The notes: generated by a model not told the origin, from the sequence alone. Positions 1 through 10,056 are shown, numbered from the stretch's first letter. The stretch is 64,000 nucleotides of DNA from Pseudomonadota bacterium (GCA_041182225.1 JBEGOC010000206.1:14194-78193); one strand, 5' to 3'. Translations and numbers: made by a program.

Positions 1-1
1 G

Positions 2-262
2 ATGATCATGAGTACCCTGCACCAGATCACCCCGGAGGCGCGGCATGGCGAGGCCCTGGGTCTGCGCCTGATGGCGATCAACGCCTCCAGCGTTCTGATG
101 CCGATGCTGTTTGGCACGGTGGGGACCGTGGTCGGGGTCTCGGTGGTGTTCTGGTCGGTCGGGCTGGTCGCGGGGGCGGGTGCGCGACCGGCATGGTTAC
201 TGCGGCCAGCGGCGCACCCGGGGCCTGGCCTGAAGGTCAAAGGGCATAAAAGGCGCGAATGA
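2..262 (+). CDS. MFS transporter, C-terminal fragment (truncated by window edge)
   Basis: 'TPEARHGEALGLRLMAINASSVLMPMLFG' plus hydrophobic helices, typical of last MFS TMs; 3' end overlaps the convergent LOG gene. Confidence 0.75.
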   Translation: MIMSTLHQITPEARHGEALGLRLMAINASSVLMPMLFGTVGTVVGVSVVFWSVGLVAGAGARPAWLLRPAAHPGPGLKVKGHKRRE

Positions 263-1100
263 CCTCCCAGGCGGCGACCGGGTCATCGACATAGGTGAAC
301 AGCTTGAGGTCCTGGGCCGAGATCACACCTTCTTCGAGCATCAAGTCGATGTTGAGCAGGCGTTTCCAGTAGTCGCTGCCGAACAGCACGATCGGCACCG
401 GCTTGGCCTTGCCGGTCTGTACAAGGGTGATCACCTCGAACAACTCATCCAGGGTACCGAAGCCACCGGGAAAGGCCACCAGCGCCTTGGCCCGCATCAT
501 GAAGTGCATTTTGCGCAGCGCAAAATAGTGGAACTTGAAGCTCAGGTTGGGCGTGATGTAGGGGTTGGGGTGCTGCTCATGGGGCAGCGCGATGTTCAGG
601 CCGACACTGGATGCGCCCATTTCATGCGCGCCGCGGTTAGCCGCTTCCATGATGCCAGGTCCGCCTCCGGTGGCAATGAAGAGCCGGTCCTCACCGCGAT
701 GGTGCGCGCTGTATTCGGCCACGCGTTGCGAAAACAGCCGCGCCTGGTCGTAGTAGCGGGCATTGCGAACCTGGCGCTGCGCCACCTGAAGGGTGTCGGC
801 GTCGCCGCTGGCCAAGGCCTGGCGCAGCAGGGTCTGCGCCTGCTCGGGTGACACAAAGCGGGCGCTGCCAAAAACGACAATGGTGTTTTCGATGCCGTGC
901 TCGGACTGGTCCAGGTCTGGCTTGAGCATCTCCAGTTGAAAACGGATGCCGCGTGTTTCCCGGCGCAGCAAAAACTCCGGGTCGGCAAAGGCGAGTCGGT
1001 AGGCGTCTGCCTCCAGTGCATTGCCCTGCGCTGAATGGTTTTGCAGCTCCGCCCAGGCGTCCGCCAGTCGTCGTTCTTTGAGTCGTTGGGGTTCGGTCAT
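237..1100 (-). CDS. LOG family (TIGR00730-like) nucleotide phosphoribohydrolase
   Basis: Motifs VFGSAR, TGGGPGIMEAANRGA, PGGFGTLDELFE; start trimmed to ATG at 1100 (MTEPQR). Confidence 0.9.
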   Translation of the reverse strand: MTEPQRLKERRLADAWAELQNHSAQGNALEADAYRLAFADPEFLLRRETRGIRFQLEMLKPDLDQSEHGIENTIVVFGSARFVSPEQAQTLLRQALASGDADTLQVAQRQVRNARYYDQARLFSQRVAEYSAHHRGEDRLFIATGGGPGIMEAANRGAHEMGASSVGLNIALPHEQHPNPYITPNLSFKFHYFALRKMHFMMRAKALVAFPGGFGTLDELFEVITLVQTGKAKPVPIVLFGSDYWKRLLNIDLMLEEGVISAQDLKLFTYVDDPVAAWEVIRAFYAL

Positions 1101-1153
1101 GGCGCCTATTGTGCGCGACAGACTTGGTCCTGCGCCAGTGGCGCAGCAGCCGC

Positions 1154-2965
1154 TCAGTCCGGATAGCGTTGCCGCACGTAATCGCCAGGGGCATCGCCCA
1201 GGGCCAACCGGTCTGGAAATGGCAGGGCCTTTTGACGCCCGGTCGACTGGCTCACCAGCCAATGTTGCCACTCAGGCCACCATGAGCCGTCCTGGACTGC
1301 GGTCTGCGCCTGCCATTGGTCGGGATCCGTCCAGCTCCCATGCGCTGGCCGCGTGTTGATCTGGTAGTGCCGGTGGGCGTGGCCGGGTTCCGACACGATG
1401 CCGGCGTTGTGGCCGCCGCTGGTCAGTACAAAGGTGATTTCCGGGTCGCACAGGCGGTGGAGCTGGTAGACCGAGCGCCAGGGCGAGATGTGATCCCGCA
1501 GCGTGCCCACCACGAACATGGGCGCCCGCACATCGGCCAGCGCCACAGCCCGTCCCTCGACCCGGTAGGCGCTATTCGCCAGCGCATTGTTCAGGTACAG
1601 CGAGGTCAGGTACTCATGGTGCATCCGGGCGGGCATCCGCGTGTGGTCCGCGTTCCAGGCGGTCAGATCGCTTTCCGGCTCGCGCTCGCCCAACAGGTAT
1701 TCCCGCATCCGCCGAGTCCAAACCAGCTCGCGCGAATGTAGAAACTGGAATGAAGCGGCCATTTGTCGACCAGTCAGATAGCCCTGACCCCGCGTGAGGT
1801 TGTCAAGGAAGCAGATCTGGCTTTCGTCGATCAAGAGGCCGAGTTCGCCGGGCTCGGAGAAATCCGTCTGGGCCGCCAGCAGGGTCACGCTGCGGATTTT
1901 GGGCAGGTCCCGGCTGCCGACCACGCCGCCGGGCCGCGCCAAGGCCGCGACTGCAATGGCCAGCAGGGTGCCGCCCAGGCAGTAGCCCGCCGTATGCACT
2001 GCGCTGCCCTCGGGGTGAAAGTTCGCCACTGCGCGCAAGGCCTCCAGCACGCCGAGTCGCAGGTAGTCGTCCATGGACAAATCCCGGTCTGATGCGTCCG
2101 GATTCCGCCATGACAGCATGTAAACCCTGTGCCCCTGCCCGACCAGGTAGCGCACCAGCGAATTGCCGGGCGACAGGTCGAGGATGTAGTACTTCATGAT
2201 CCAGGAAGGCACGATCAGAATCGGCTCGGCATGGACGGTGGTCGTTTGCGCGTCGTAGCGCAGCAATTCGATGAGGCGGTTCCGATACACCACCTTACCG
2301 GGCGTGATCGCCACCTCCCGTCCCACGCGGAAATGTTCGGCCGCCTGGCTGGCATGGGTACCGGCGACATCCTGCAGCCAGTTGCGCACACCCTGTGCCA
2401 GACCAGTGCCATTGGATTCAAAGATGTCCCGCCAAACCACCGGATTCGTGGCGAGCCAATTGGGCGGTGCCATCATGTCCAGCCATTGGCGGGCGAAAAA
2501 TTGGGTCAGGTCACGGTGGTGCGAGGTCATGCCAGCCACCTGGGTCGCTTCGCGCCAGAAAGCCTGACTCTGGCGGAAACCTTGTCGCCACTGGTTGAAG
2601 GGCCAGCGCGTCCAGGCATCGTCGCGGAATCGGGGGTCTTCGTCCGATGGGCCAGCGGGTGGCGTTGCCTCGCCGGGCCGTTCGGCTTGATGCGCGAGCT
2701 GAGCGGCCAGGGACAGCAGTTCAAGCTGCTTGCCCGGTGAGCCCAGCAGATGCCAGGACCAATCGGCTTGTGCCAGCGCCAGCGATATCGGAGACAGGCC
2801 CGCCTGCTGCGGCACACTGGCCGCATGGATCAGCCGATCCAGGGCCTGTGTGGCCAACTCTGCCGGGCGCGCGGGCTCTGTCCACATCAGGTCTTCCTCC
2901 TTTTGCCTTCGCGTCGGCGCGGGGTTCAGGGTGACCAGCGTGCCGTCCCGAGGTGCGACTGCCAT
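1154..2965 (-). CDS. phaC: Polyhydroxyalkanoate synthase (class I-like paralog with extended N-terminus)
   Basis: TPGKVVYRN, IMKYYILDL, lipase box GYCLGG, catalytic DHISPW and GGHNAG, C-terminal GSWWPEW/APGDYV; start could be a later ATG (MWTEP). Confidence 0.92.
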   Translation of the reverse strand: MAVAPRDGTLVTLNPAPTRRQKEEDLMWTEPARPAELATQALDRLIHAASVPQQAGLSPISLALAQADWSWHLLGSPGKQLELLSLAAQLAHQAERPGEATPPAGPSDEDPRFRDDAWTRWPFNQWRQGFRQSQAFWREATQVAGMTSHHRDLTQFFARQWLDMMAPPNWLATNPVVWRDIFESNGTGLAQGVRNWLQDVAGTHASQAAEHFRVGREVAITPGKVVYRNRLIELLRYDAQTTTVHAEPILIVPSWIMKYYILDLSPGNSLVRYLVGQGHRVYMLSWRNPDASDRDLSMDDYLRLGVLEALRAVANFHPEGSAVHTAGYCLGGTLLAIAVAALARPGGVVGSRDLPKIRSVTLLAAQTDFSEPGELGLLIDESQICFLDNLTRGQGYLTGRQMAASFQFLHSRELVWTRRMREYLLGEREPESDLTAWNADHTRMPARMHHEYLTSLYLNNALANSAYRVEGRAVALADVRAPMFVVGTLRDHISPWRSVYQLHRLCDPEITFVLTSGGHNAGIVSEPGHAHRHYQINTRPAHGSWTDPDQWQAQTAVQDGSWWPEWQHWLVSQSTGRQKALPFPDRLALGDAPGDYVRQRYPD

Positions 2966-2975
2966 GATGGAGGCC

Positions 2976-3275
2976 TCAATTCAAGAACTTGGGCAGGATG
3001 ACCGACCACTGACGCCATCGCGACGCGGTGCGATAAACCCACCAGGCCCGGCGTACCAGGGTCAGTGCCCGCGCTGGTCTGAGCACCGTCCACAGGGCGA
3101 AGGCGCCGACCGGCCAGGCAGGGTGTCGGTACAGCCACCTGAGGCCGGTGAAAGCCAGGTCCATCATGGCCAAGGGTCGCCGCAACGAGTTGGCCTCATT
3201 GGCCAGACGCTGCCTGAGCGAGCCGCTGCGCAGCAGCAACTGCTGTTGGCGCAAGACAATCTCAGTGTGGACCAT
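2976..3275 (-). CDS. YqjK-like protein
   Basis: 'RQQQLLLRSGSLRQRLA...WLYRHP...LRPAR' pattern, third gene of yqjD-yqjE-yqjK-like trio; start trimmed to ATG 3275. Confidence 0.7.
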   Translation of the reverse strand: MVHTEIVLRQQQLLLRSGSLRQRLANEANSLRRPLAMMDLAFTGLRWLYRHPAWPVGAFALWTVLRPARALTLVRRAWWVYRTASRWRQWSVILPKFLN

Positions 3276-3672
3276 GGGGGGTGACCGATGACAGGCTGGC
3301 GCTGTCGCTGTCGCGCTGCAACTCGCCCAGACTGAGTTGAAACATGCCTGAAACACTGACCAACTGTGCCCTGGCCTTGCGCAGCAGCACTGCCCCGGCC
3401 ACCAAGTAACAGCCGGCCAGTGCGGCCATCGATGCCAGTCGGTAGTTATCCCAACACAGCAAAATGATGAGGCCGGTCACCATGGCCAGCCCCATGCCCA
3501 GCAACATCAAGGCCATGCTACCCCACAGCAGACCGTCGAACAGACGGTGCGCACCCAGTTCGAATTCGGTACCGAGGAGCGCCAAGCGCACCTTGGCCAA
3601 TTCCAGGGTGGTCGCGAGCAAGCGGTTGAGGGACACGGCGAGGCCACCGAAATGCCCCGAACCAGACATCAC
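3262..3672 (-). CDS. YqjE-like membrane protein (phage holin superfamily III-like)
   Basis: 'RLALLGTEFE' followed by two TM helices; synteny with DUF883 gene. Confidence 0.75.
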   Translation of the reverse strand: MMSGSGHFGGLAVSLNRLLATTLELAKVRLALLGTEFELGAHRLFDGLLWGSMALMLLGMGLAMVTGLIILLCWDNYRLASMAALAGCYLVAGAVLLRKARAQLVSVSGMFQLSLGELQRDSDSASLSSVTPHGPH

Positions 3673-3683
3673 CTTGCCAAGCG

Positions 3684-3995
3684 TCAGCGGCGGCTGGCGA
3701 TCAGACCCAGGATCACACCCAGACCCGCAGCCATGCTGATGGACTTCCAGGGGTTGGCGTGAACAAATTCATCTGTAGCATGACCCGCCGCCTTGACCTT
3801 GGCAACGGCTGTCTCCTGCAGATGAACGAGGTCGGTCTTGGCCTGGTTCATTCTGGCCTGGACCCGGCTGCGGACATCGGCCACGCCCTCTCCAGCCTGA
3901 TCAGCCGTCAGCCGAAGCAACTCTTCCGCGTCGGCGATGACCACCTTCAAGTCGGTCATCAATTTGTCCCTGTTGACCGTTGCGACATCATTCAT
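3684..3995 (-). CDS. DUF883 / ElaB-YqjD family tail-anchored membrane protein
   Basis: 'KLMTDLKVVIADAEELL...TDEFVHANPWKSISMAAGLGVILGLIASRR'; GGAGG RBS before ATG 3995. Confidence 0.92.
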   Translation of the reverse strand: MNDVATVNRDKLMTDLKVVIADAEELLRLTADQAGEGVADVRSRVQARMNQAKTDLVHLQETAVAKVKAAGHATDEFVHANPWKSISMAAGLGVILGLIASRR

Positions 3996-4062
3996 CAAAA
4001 CCTCCGTGTGTAAGAAAAAAAGGAACTGGTAGCCATCGTAGGCGCCGAACCGGCGATGACCG

Positions 4063-4076
4063 TTGACAAAAATCAT
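4063..4076. promoter_or_regulatory. FNR/ANR/FixK-like box
   Basis: TTGAC-AAAA-ATCAT, 2 mismatches to TTGAT-N4-ATCAA, in divergent intergenic region. Confidence 0.5.
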
Positions 4077-4264
4077 CGCAGCGCAGTTCCTGGTCATCCC
4101 TCACCTTGGTTCGTACCGGGCTTGGGCCCAAGTTGGTCAGCGCAAGGTCTTAGCGCGGCGTGAGGCATCGCAAGCCAAAGGTCGCAGCAGCGCCTTAGCA
4201 TGTCTGCCGGCGACGCTCGGTCCGGGTGGTCAAGGCTTGGCAAAGTCACTTCGAAAAGAGGCCC

Positions 4265-5671
4265 ATGACAACGGTGTTTGACCCTGTTCGCTTGGCTGCA
4301 GCGGCGCTTGACATTCTCGCCAGCGGCCAATTGACTGCGGCGGCCCTGGCGGTCCGCCAGCAGGCCCGTTTGGCCAATCTTGTCAGGGCCGCGCGGCAAG
4401 GATCGCGCCTCTACCGCGCGCGACTGGCGGGTAACGCCACCGCGACAATGCCTTTGAGCGAGGTGACACCGATCACGCGGGCTGAGCTGATGGCGCACTT
4501 TGACGATTGGGTGACTGACCCTGCGTTGCGGCTCGATGACTTGAAGGCTTTTGTTGCGGATGACAGTCGGATCGGCCAGGCCTACCTGGGCAAATACCTG
4601 GTGTGGGAGAGCTCGGGCACCAGTCATCAACCCGGCATTTTTGTGCAGGATACGCAGGCCATGGCGGTCTACGATGCGCTGGAAGCGCTGCGGCGCAGCG
4701 CGCCGCGGCCGCTGTTGCGGTGGCTGGACCCGATGCTGCTGACCGAACGCCTGGCCTTCGTCGGCGTCACTGGCGGCCACTTCGCAAGCCTGGTGTCGAT
4801 GTTGCGGCTGCGACAACTCAACCCCTTGCTGGGGCAGGGCTTGCGCTGCTTTTCGATCCTGCAGCCGATGGACCGGCTGTTGGCGGAACTCAATGCCTTT
4901 GCGCCGACGGTGCTGGCCACCTACCCCACGGTGGCCGCCCAGTTGGCCGAGCTGGCCGTGCAGGGGCAGCTTGATTTTGCGCCGAGCGAGGTCTGGACCG
5001 GCGGTGAAACCCTGAGTCCGGCCGCACGGCGGCGCATCGAGCAGGGCCTGGGCTGCGTGGTCCGCAACAGCTACGGCGCCTCGGAATTCATGCCCATTGG
5101 CTGGGAGTGTCAGTTGGGCAAGATGCACGCCAACGCCGACTGGGTCATTCTGGAACCGGTGGACGCGCAGGGCCGGGCCACAGCGCCCGGCCAGCCCTCC
5201 CACTCGACGCTGCTGACCAACCTGGCCAACCATGTGCAGCCCCTGATCCGCTACGACCTGGGCGACCAGATCACTGTATCGAGCGAGCCCTGTGGCTGTG
5301 GTTCAACGCTGCCGGTGATCGAGGTCCGGGGCCGGCGCGATGAGGCGCTGGTGATGGCGGGGCGCGATGGTCAGCCGGTGACCTTGTTGCCCATGGCCCT
5401 GACCACGCTGCTGGAGGAGGGCGCTGGCGTGTTTGACTTCCAACTGGCCCAACAGGATGCGCACACGCTGGTGCTGCGGTTGGATCTGCATGGCGCCGAG
5501 GCGGCGGGTCCCAGTGCGCGGTGCCAGGCGGTTTTGGCCAAATACGCGAGCGATCAGGCCCTGGCACCGATCCAGATCAGGCTGGAACTGGGCGCCATCG
5601 GGCCGCGCGGCCGCAGCGGCAAGGCGCCGCGGGTGCTGGCACGGCCCTGGCAACCTGCCCAGGCGGCCTAA
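4265..5671 (+). CDS. Phenylacetate-CoA ligase (PaaK)-like adenylate-forming enzyme
   Basis: SSGTSHQP loop, WTGGETL, NSYGASEF, PLIRYDLGD, GRRDE; start trimmed to ATG 4265. Confidence 0.85.
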   Translation: MTTVFDPVRLAAAALDILASGQLTAAALAVRQQARLANLVRAARQGSRLYRARLAGNATATMPLSEVTPITRAELMAHFDDWVTDPALRLDDLKAFVADDSRIGQAYLGKYLVWESSGTSHQPGIFVQDTQAMAVYDALEALRRSAPRPLLRWLDPMLLTERLAFVGVTGGHFASLVSMLRLRQLNPLLGQGLRCFSILQPMDRLLAELNAFAPTVLATYPTVAAQLAELAVQGQLDFAPSEVWTGGETLSPAARRRIEQGLGCVVRNSYGASEFMPIGWECQLGKMHANADWVILEPVDAQGRATAPGQPSHSTLLTNLANHVQPLIRYDLGDQITVSSEPCGCGSTLPVIEVRGRRDEALVMAGRDGQPVTLLPMALTTLLEEGAGVFDFQLAQQDAHTLVLRLDLHGAEAAGPSARCQAVLAKYASDQALAPIQIRLELGAIGPRGRSGKAPRVLARPWQPAQAA

Positions 5672-6573
5672 GGGCGGACCGGCTGCGCCAGAACGCCTCG
5701 GGCCGCTTGCGCGAGTGCTGACGCCATGCTGACGCAGTTGCTGGGGTGCGCAATGCAGTCGGTGCTCCAGACCTCGCCCACGCCGGCGGCCTGTAGCTGG
5801 GCCAGGGCATTGCCCGAGAAGATGGCGTGGGTGACGGCCACATCCACCCGGCGCGCACCAGCGGCCAGCAACTGGCGTGCTGCTTGGGCCAGAGTTTGTC
5901 CGGTACTGGCCACATCGTCGAGCAAGACAATGTCCCGTCCGGCCACCGGCCGCACGGGGAGCGCGATCGCCACCTGGTGGTCGCCCAGTCGGACCTTGGT
6001 GCACACGGCCGCATCAAAGCCATGGCGCGCCGCGGCCATGCTCAGCCATTGCGCTGATTCTTCATCGGGCCCGACCAGCAGCGCCTGCGGTCGTCGCTCG
6101 GCAATCAGGTCCGACAGCAGGGGCGCGCCGCTCAGGGTCATGGTCTGTCGCGCGGGCACAGCCTGGTCCAGCGTGGCTACCCGGTGCAGGTGTGGGTCCA
6201 CGGTGATCACGGCGTCGAACAAGCCCGCCAGAAAGCGCCCGACAATGCGCTGGCTCACCGCCTGGCCCGGGGCAAAAGCCATGTCCTGGCGCATGTAGGC
6301 CAGGTAGGGCGCTACCAGTGTCAGGTGGCGGGTGCCAAGTTCGCGCGCGGCCTGCGCTGCCAGCAGCAGCTCCACCAGTTTTTCATTGGGCTGGTGCAGG
6401 CTGCGCAGCAGCAGCGTGTGAGCGGGCAGGCCAGGCGGCAGCCGCAGCCGGAATTCGCCATCCGGAAACCGATGGCGCTCAATCAGGGCGGCATCAAATC
6501 CGCCGGCGTCGGCCAGCCGCAGCGCTGGCGCCGCCTCATCGTCGAAATACAGCAGCAGCGGTGCGCTCGCCAT
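5668..6573 (-). CDS. Ribose-phosphate pyrophosphokinase-like protein (short paralog)
   Basis: RFPDGE, PYLAYMRQD, VDPHLH, LLDDVASTGQT PRPP loop; start overlaps upstream stop. Confidence 0.9.
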   Translation of the reverse strand: MASAPLLLYFDDEAAPALRLADAGGFDAALIERHRFPDGEFRLRLPPGLPAHTLLLRSLHQPNEKLVELLLAAQAARELGTRHLTLVAPYLAYMRQDMAFAPGQAVSQRIVGRFLAGLFDAVITVDPHLHRVATLDQAVPARQTMTLSGAPLLSDLIAERRPQALLVGPDEESAQWLSMAAARHGFDAAVCTKVRLGDHQVAIALPVRPVAGRDIVLLDDVASTGQTLAQAARQLLAAGARRVDVAVTHAIFSGNALAQLQAAGVGEVWSTDCIAHPSNCVSMASALAQAARGVLAQPVRP

Positions 6574-8165
6574 CAGAACTCCACAAACACCTGGGGCAGC
6601 TCGCTGCTGTCGCCCAGGTTGTAGCCCGAGTGCTTCAGGCAGGCTTGGCGGGCAAACTCCAGGTCGCTCGGGTAGCCGGCGTAGACGCGATACAGCACCT
6701 CGCCCGTGTTGACGGCCTCGCCGAGCTTGCGAAACAGGTCAACGCCGGCACCGATCACCTTGGGTGCGCCGGCCAGGCGTGCCACTCGTGCGATCTGGTG
6801 GTTGTCAATGCCGGTCACCACGCCGCTGCCTTGGGCGCAGATGTCAAAGCTCAGGGCTCCAAGCTGTGGGCTGTGGTGGTCAAAAGGGTTCTGGCCTTGC
6901 GCTGCCATGATGGCGCGCATTTTGCTCAGGGCGCGGCCCGAGTCCAGGATGTCGCGAGCAATTGCGAAGCCGTCGCCGCCCCGGATATCGGGGTTGCATT
7001 CGATCAGCCGGCCGGCCAGCCGCAATGATTTTTGCCGCAGGTCGTTGGGCGCCTGCGGGTCGTTTTCCAGCACCCGCATCACGTCGCGGGCTTCCAGCAC
7101 CGGGCCAATGCCGTTGCCGATGGGCTGGCGGCCGTCGGTGATCACCACATCCAAAGAGAGGTGCATGCGGCTGGCGACGTATTCAAACAGCCGTCGCAGC
7201 CGCTGTGCCTCGGGCATCGAGCGGACCTTGGCGCTGGGGCCGATCGGGATATCCAGCACCAGGTGGGTGGAGCCGGCGGCAATTTTTTTGGACAGGATGG
7301 AGGCCACCATCTGGCCGGCCGAATCCATGGCCAGCGGGCGCTCCACCGAAATCAGCACATCGTCAGCGGGCGACAGGTTGGCCGAGCCGCCCCACGCCAG
7401 GCAGCCGCGGTGTTCGCGCACGATATCGGCCAGTTGCTCGAACGGCAGCTCGACCTTGGCCAGCACCTCCATGGTGTCGGCGGTGCCCGCCGGTGAGGTG
7501 ATGGCGCGCGACGAGGTTTTGGGGCAGAGCAGGCCATGCGCTGCCAGGATCGGCACCACCAGCATCGAGGTCCGGTTGCCGGGAATGCCGCCAATGCAGT
7601 GCTTGTCTACCACCAGATGCTCATGCCAGTCCAGCCGGCGGCCGCTGGCTACCATGGCTTCGGTCAGAAAGTAGACTTCTTCGCGGTCCAGCTCATCGCG
7701 GTTGGTGGCCACCACAAAGGCGGTCAGTTCAATCTTGGAGTAGCGCCGGTCGGCAATGTCCTGCACGATGCTTCGGAACTCCTCCCGCCCCAGGCGCTCA
7801 CCCGCGAGTTTGCGCCGTAGCGCTTCGATCGAGGCCGGCGCCTCGGCCTGGGCCACCGATGCCGTGTGGCCGTCCTGCACATCGAGTTGCAAAAAGGCGT
7901 CTTCTGACAAGCCCAATTCGTGGCAGCCCACGATGCTGTGGTCGTCCACCACGTTCAAGCTGGCCAGGATGCGGCGGCCGTTGGCGCGAACTTCGATCTT
8001 CGACAAAGCCTGGAAGCCCTCGGCCCGGTAGATGGCGCAGTCGCGGTGCAGGTAGGCCACGTTTTCACGGTAGGTGTCGATCGCCACCCGTCGCAGCGAC
8101 AGGGCAGAGGGGTTGGGCGCGGTCTGCGCCGTGATGACGGCGCCAGCCGATGCGGTCAGGTCCAT
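6573..8165 (-). CDS. Thymidine phosphorylase / AMP phosphorylase-like protein with N-terminal extra domain
   Basis: [45 protein letters not shown]; start trimmed to ATG 8165. Confidence 0.9.
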   Translation of the reverse strand: MDLTASAGAVITAQTAPNPSALSLRRVAIDTYRENVAYLHRDCAIYRAEGFQALSKIEVRANGRRILASLNVVDDHSIVGCHELGLSEDAFLQLDVQDGHTASVAQAEAPASIEALRRKLAGERLGREEFRSIVQDIADRRYSKIELTAFVVATNRDELDREEVYFLTEAMVASGRRLDWHEHLVVDKHCIGGIPGNRTSMLVVPILAAHGLLCPKTSSRAITSPAGTADTMEVLAKVELPFEQLADIVREHRGCLAWGGSANLSPADDVLISVERPLAMDSAGQMVASILSKKIAAGSTHLVLDIPIGPSAKVRSMPEAQRLRRLFEYVASRMHLSLDVVITDGRQPIGNGIGPVLEARDVMRVLENDPQAPNDLRQKSLRLAGRLIECNPDIRGGDGFAIARDILDSGRALSKMRAIMAAQGQNPFDHHSPQLGALSFDICAQGSGVVTGIDNHQIARVARLAGAPKVIGAGVDLFRKLGEAVNTGEVLYRVYAGYPSDLEFARQACLKHSGYNLGDSSELPQVFVEF

Positions 8166-8226
8166 GGCCCGGAGCCTACACCCGAATGCCCACCCGGGTC
8201 CAGCCCGCTGTGCCCGGGCTCGTTGC

Positions 8227-8250
8227 AAAAAAAGGCCTCTTGCGAGGCCC
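8227..8250 (-). terminator. Intrinsic terminator after efp
   Basis: Minus strand GGCCTC-GCAA-GAGGCC-TTTTTTT. Confidence 0.85.
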
Positions 8251-8278
8251 TGGTAAGGGTGGCAAGAGGTGCCGCGGC

Positions 8279-8833
8279 TTAAACGCGTTTGCGGTACTCG
8301 CCAGTGCGGGTGTCGATTTCCACCTTGTCGCCCTGGGCCACAAAGATCGGCACCCCGATTTCGAAGCCGGTCGAAATTTTGGCGGGCTTGAGCACCTTGC
8401 CCGAGGTGTCGCCCTTCACGGCCGGCTCGGTCCAGGTGATTTCACGGACCACGCTGGTTGGCATTTCGACCGAGATGGCCTTGCCGTCATAAAAAACGAC
8501 TTCCAGCGACATGCCGTCTTCGAGGTAGCTGAGCGAATCACCCATGTTCTCGGCCTCCACCTCATACTGGTTGTATTCGGTGTCCATGCAGACGTACATG
8601 GGTTCGGCGAAGTAGGAGTAAGTGCACTCCTTTTTGTCCAGAACGATCTGGTCCATTTTGTCGTCGGCCTTGAAAACCACCTCGGTGCCGAAATTGTTCA
8701 GCAGGCTTTTGAGTTTCATGCGCACGGTGGCGGAGTTGCGGCCGCCGCGGCTGTATTCGGTCTTGAGCACGACCATCGGGTCCTTGCCATGCATGATGAC
8801 GTTGCCAGCACGGATTTCTTGAGCGATTTTCAT
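8279..8833 (-). CDS. efp: Elongation factor P (Arg32 type)
   Basis: [14 protein letters not shown] loop, [15 protein letters not shown]. Confidence 0.98.
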   Translation of the reverse strand: MKIAQEIRAGNVIMHGKDPMVVLKTEYSRGGRNSATVRMKLKSLLNNFGTEVVFKADDKMDQIVLDKKECTYSYFAEPMYVCMDTEYNQYEVEAENMGDSLSYLEDGMSLEVVFYDGKAISVEMPTSVVREITWTEPAVKGDTSGKVLKPAKISTGFEIGVPIFVAQGDKVEIDTRTGEYRKRV

Positions 8834-8925
8834 AGTGATTGAGCGTAGGTTGGGCCGCCCTTGTGGCAGCGTGCGCGGCAGGGGCCAGAGGGGAGCCAGG
8901 CCAATCGCCGCTTAAACGCCAGATT

Positions 8926-10029
8926 TTAGTGGTTTTTTGCCACGAAGCCCAGCAGGCTGCTGGTCAGGTCGTCGAGTTGCCCTTGGGCCGCGCGCGCGTC
9001 GGCGAGGCAGGCCTGCCATTCCGCCCAGGCCAGCGGCGGCCAGGGGCCTGACCCAGCGCCGGGCGCATCATTCCAACGGTGATGCAGGGCGCGCAAGGAG
9101 TCAGGGGCCTTGATCAGATCCAGAAAGGCGTCCAGTTTGGCATGATGGGCGCCGTCGCTCTGTGGGTAAATCTGCCAGACCAGTGGCTTGCCGGCCCACA
9201 GGGCCCGTACCAGCGAGTCCTCGCCGCGCACGAAGTTCAGGTCGCAGGCCCACAGCAGGTGGTCGAAATCGGTTTGGCTCAAGCTGGGTAAGTATGAAAT
9301 TGATAGCGCACCAGCCTTATTCCATAGGGGTTCCGAGCCGTTTTGATGCTCAATAACAGCCAGCACGGCGGCGCTGGCGCGACCGGCTGTAACCAGCAGC
9401 CGGGTTGGCTGCTCGCCACCGGCCAGGGTCAGAAGCAGCTCGCGCAGTGCCGGTGGTTCGTAACAGAACAGGGCGATCCGCCGCTCGGCGCCCGTTGGGA
9501 TCCCCAGCTGCGCCAACCAGTGCGCAGGCTCAAAAGCGGCCTGGCGCGCCCACAGCCCGGGTTCCCGCAGCAGGCCGCCCGTGGCCGCCGTGAAGCCGGG
9601 GTAGAAAAAATGCTTGGTCAGGCCGCGCCCAGGCCCGGCCATGACCGGCGAGGGCAGGCCGTGACAGCGCTCGACGAAGCCCTCGGCACTCAGGTATTCC
9701 AGGTTGATCCAGCAGGGTTTTTGGCCGCCAAGCCTTGCGGCGTCTACCCAAGAAGCTATGAATTCAGGAGCGACCTCGCAACCGAAAGCCTCCAGCAACA
9801 CGTCGCCGGGCAGGATGTCACTCAGCTCCAGCGGCTGCGTCCAGGGTCGGACCTCAACGCCTGGCGCCCCGCCAGGCGCCATCCAGGTCAGCGCGCTGGC
9901 ATCGTCCACCCACAGCCGGACCGTCTGGCCGCGACCGGCCAGATCGACGGCCAGGCGCCAGCACACGCCGATGTCGCCGTAGTTGTCAATCACCCGGCAA
10001 AAAATGTCCCAAGTCCAGCCTGTTTTCAC
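8926..10029 (-). CDS. earP: EF-P arginine rhamnosyltransferase
   Basis: [43 protein letters not shown]; upstream of efp; GTG start at 10029 (the ORF-track extension is a uvrC shadow). Confidence 0.96.
   Translation of the reverse strand: MKTGWTWDIFCRVIDNYGDIGVCWRLAVDLAGRGQTVRLWVDDASALTWMAPGGAPGVEVRPWTQPLELSDILPGDVLLEAFGCEVAPEFIASWVDAARLGGQKPCWINLEYLSAEGFVERCHGLPSPVMAGPGRGLTKHFFYPGFTAATGGLLREPGLWARQAAFEPAHWLAQLGIPTGAERRIALFCYEPPALRELLLTLAGGEQPTRLLVTAGRASAAVLAVIEHQNGSEPLWNKAGALSISYLPSLSQTDFDHLLWACDLNFVRGEDSLVRALWAGKPLVWQIYPQSDGAHHAKLDAFLDLIKAPDSLRALHHRWNDAPGAGSGPWPPLAWAEWQACLADARAAQGQLDDLTSSLLGFVAKNH
9291..9353 (-). repeat. ~60-bp palindromic repeat, copy 1 (in-frame inside earP)
   Basis: Minus-strand core GCTAT-caatttc-ATACT; AT-rich patch in GC-rich CDS. 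Confidence 0.6.
9712..9771 (+). repeat. ~60-bp palindromic repeat, copy 2 (in-frame inside earP)
   Basis: AAGCCTTG then core GCTAT-gaattca-GGAGC; CCTTG starts 22 nt before the core. Confidence 0.6.
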
Positions 10030-10036
10030 CAACGGG

Positions 10037-10048
10037 ATTGTCCACAAT
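10037..10048. promoter_or_regulatory. Back-to-back -10-like hexamers for divergent earP and uvrC
   Basis: ATTGTC|CACAAT: GACAAT (-) 7 nt before earP GTG, CACAAT (+) 8 nt before uvrC ATG. Confidence 0.5.
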
Positions 10049-10056
10049 ACGCACCT

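Noticed and set aside
3262-3672. Holin-family label suggesting a prophage
   Set aside because: Context is the cellular yqjD/E/K trio; no phage genes
8279-10029. efp-earP as a novel system
   Set aside because: Well-characterised EF-P Arg32 rhamnosylation
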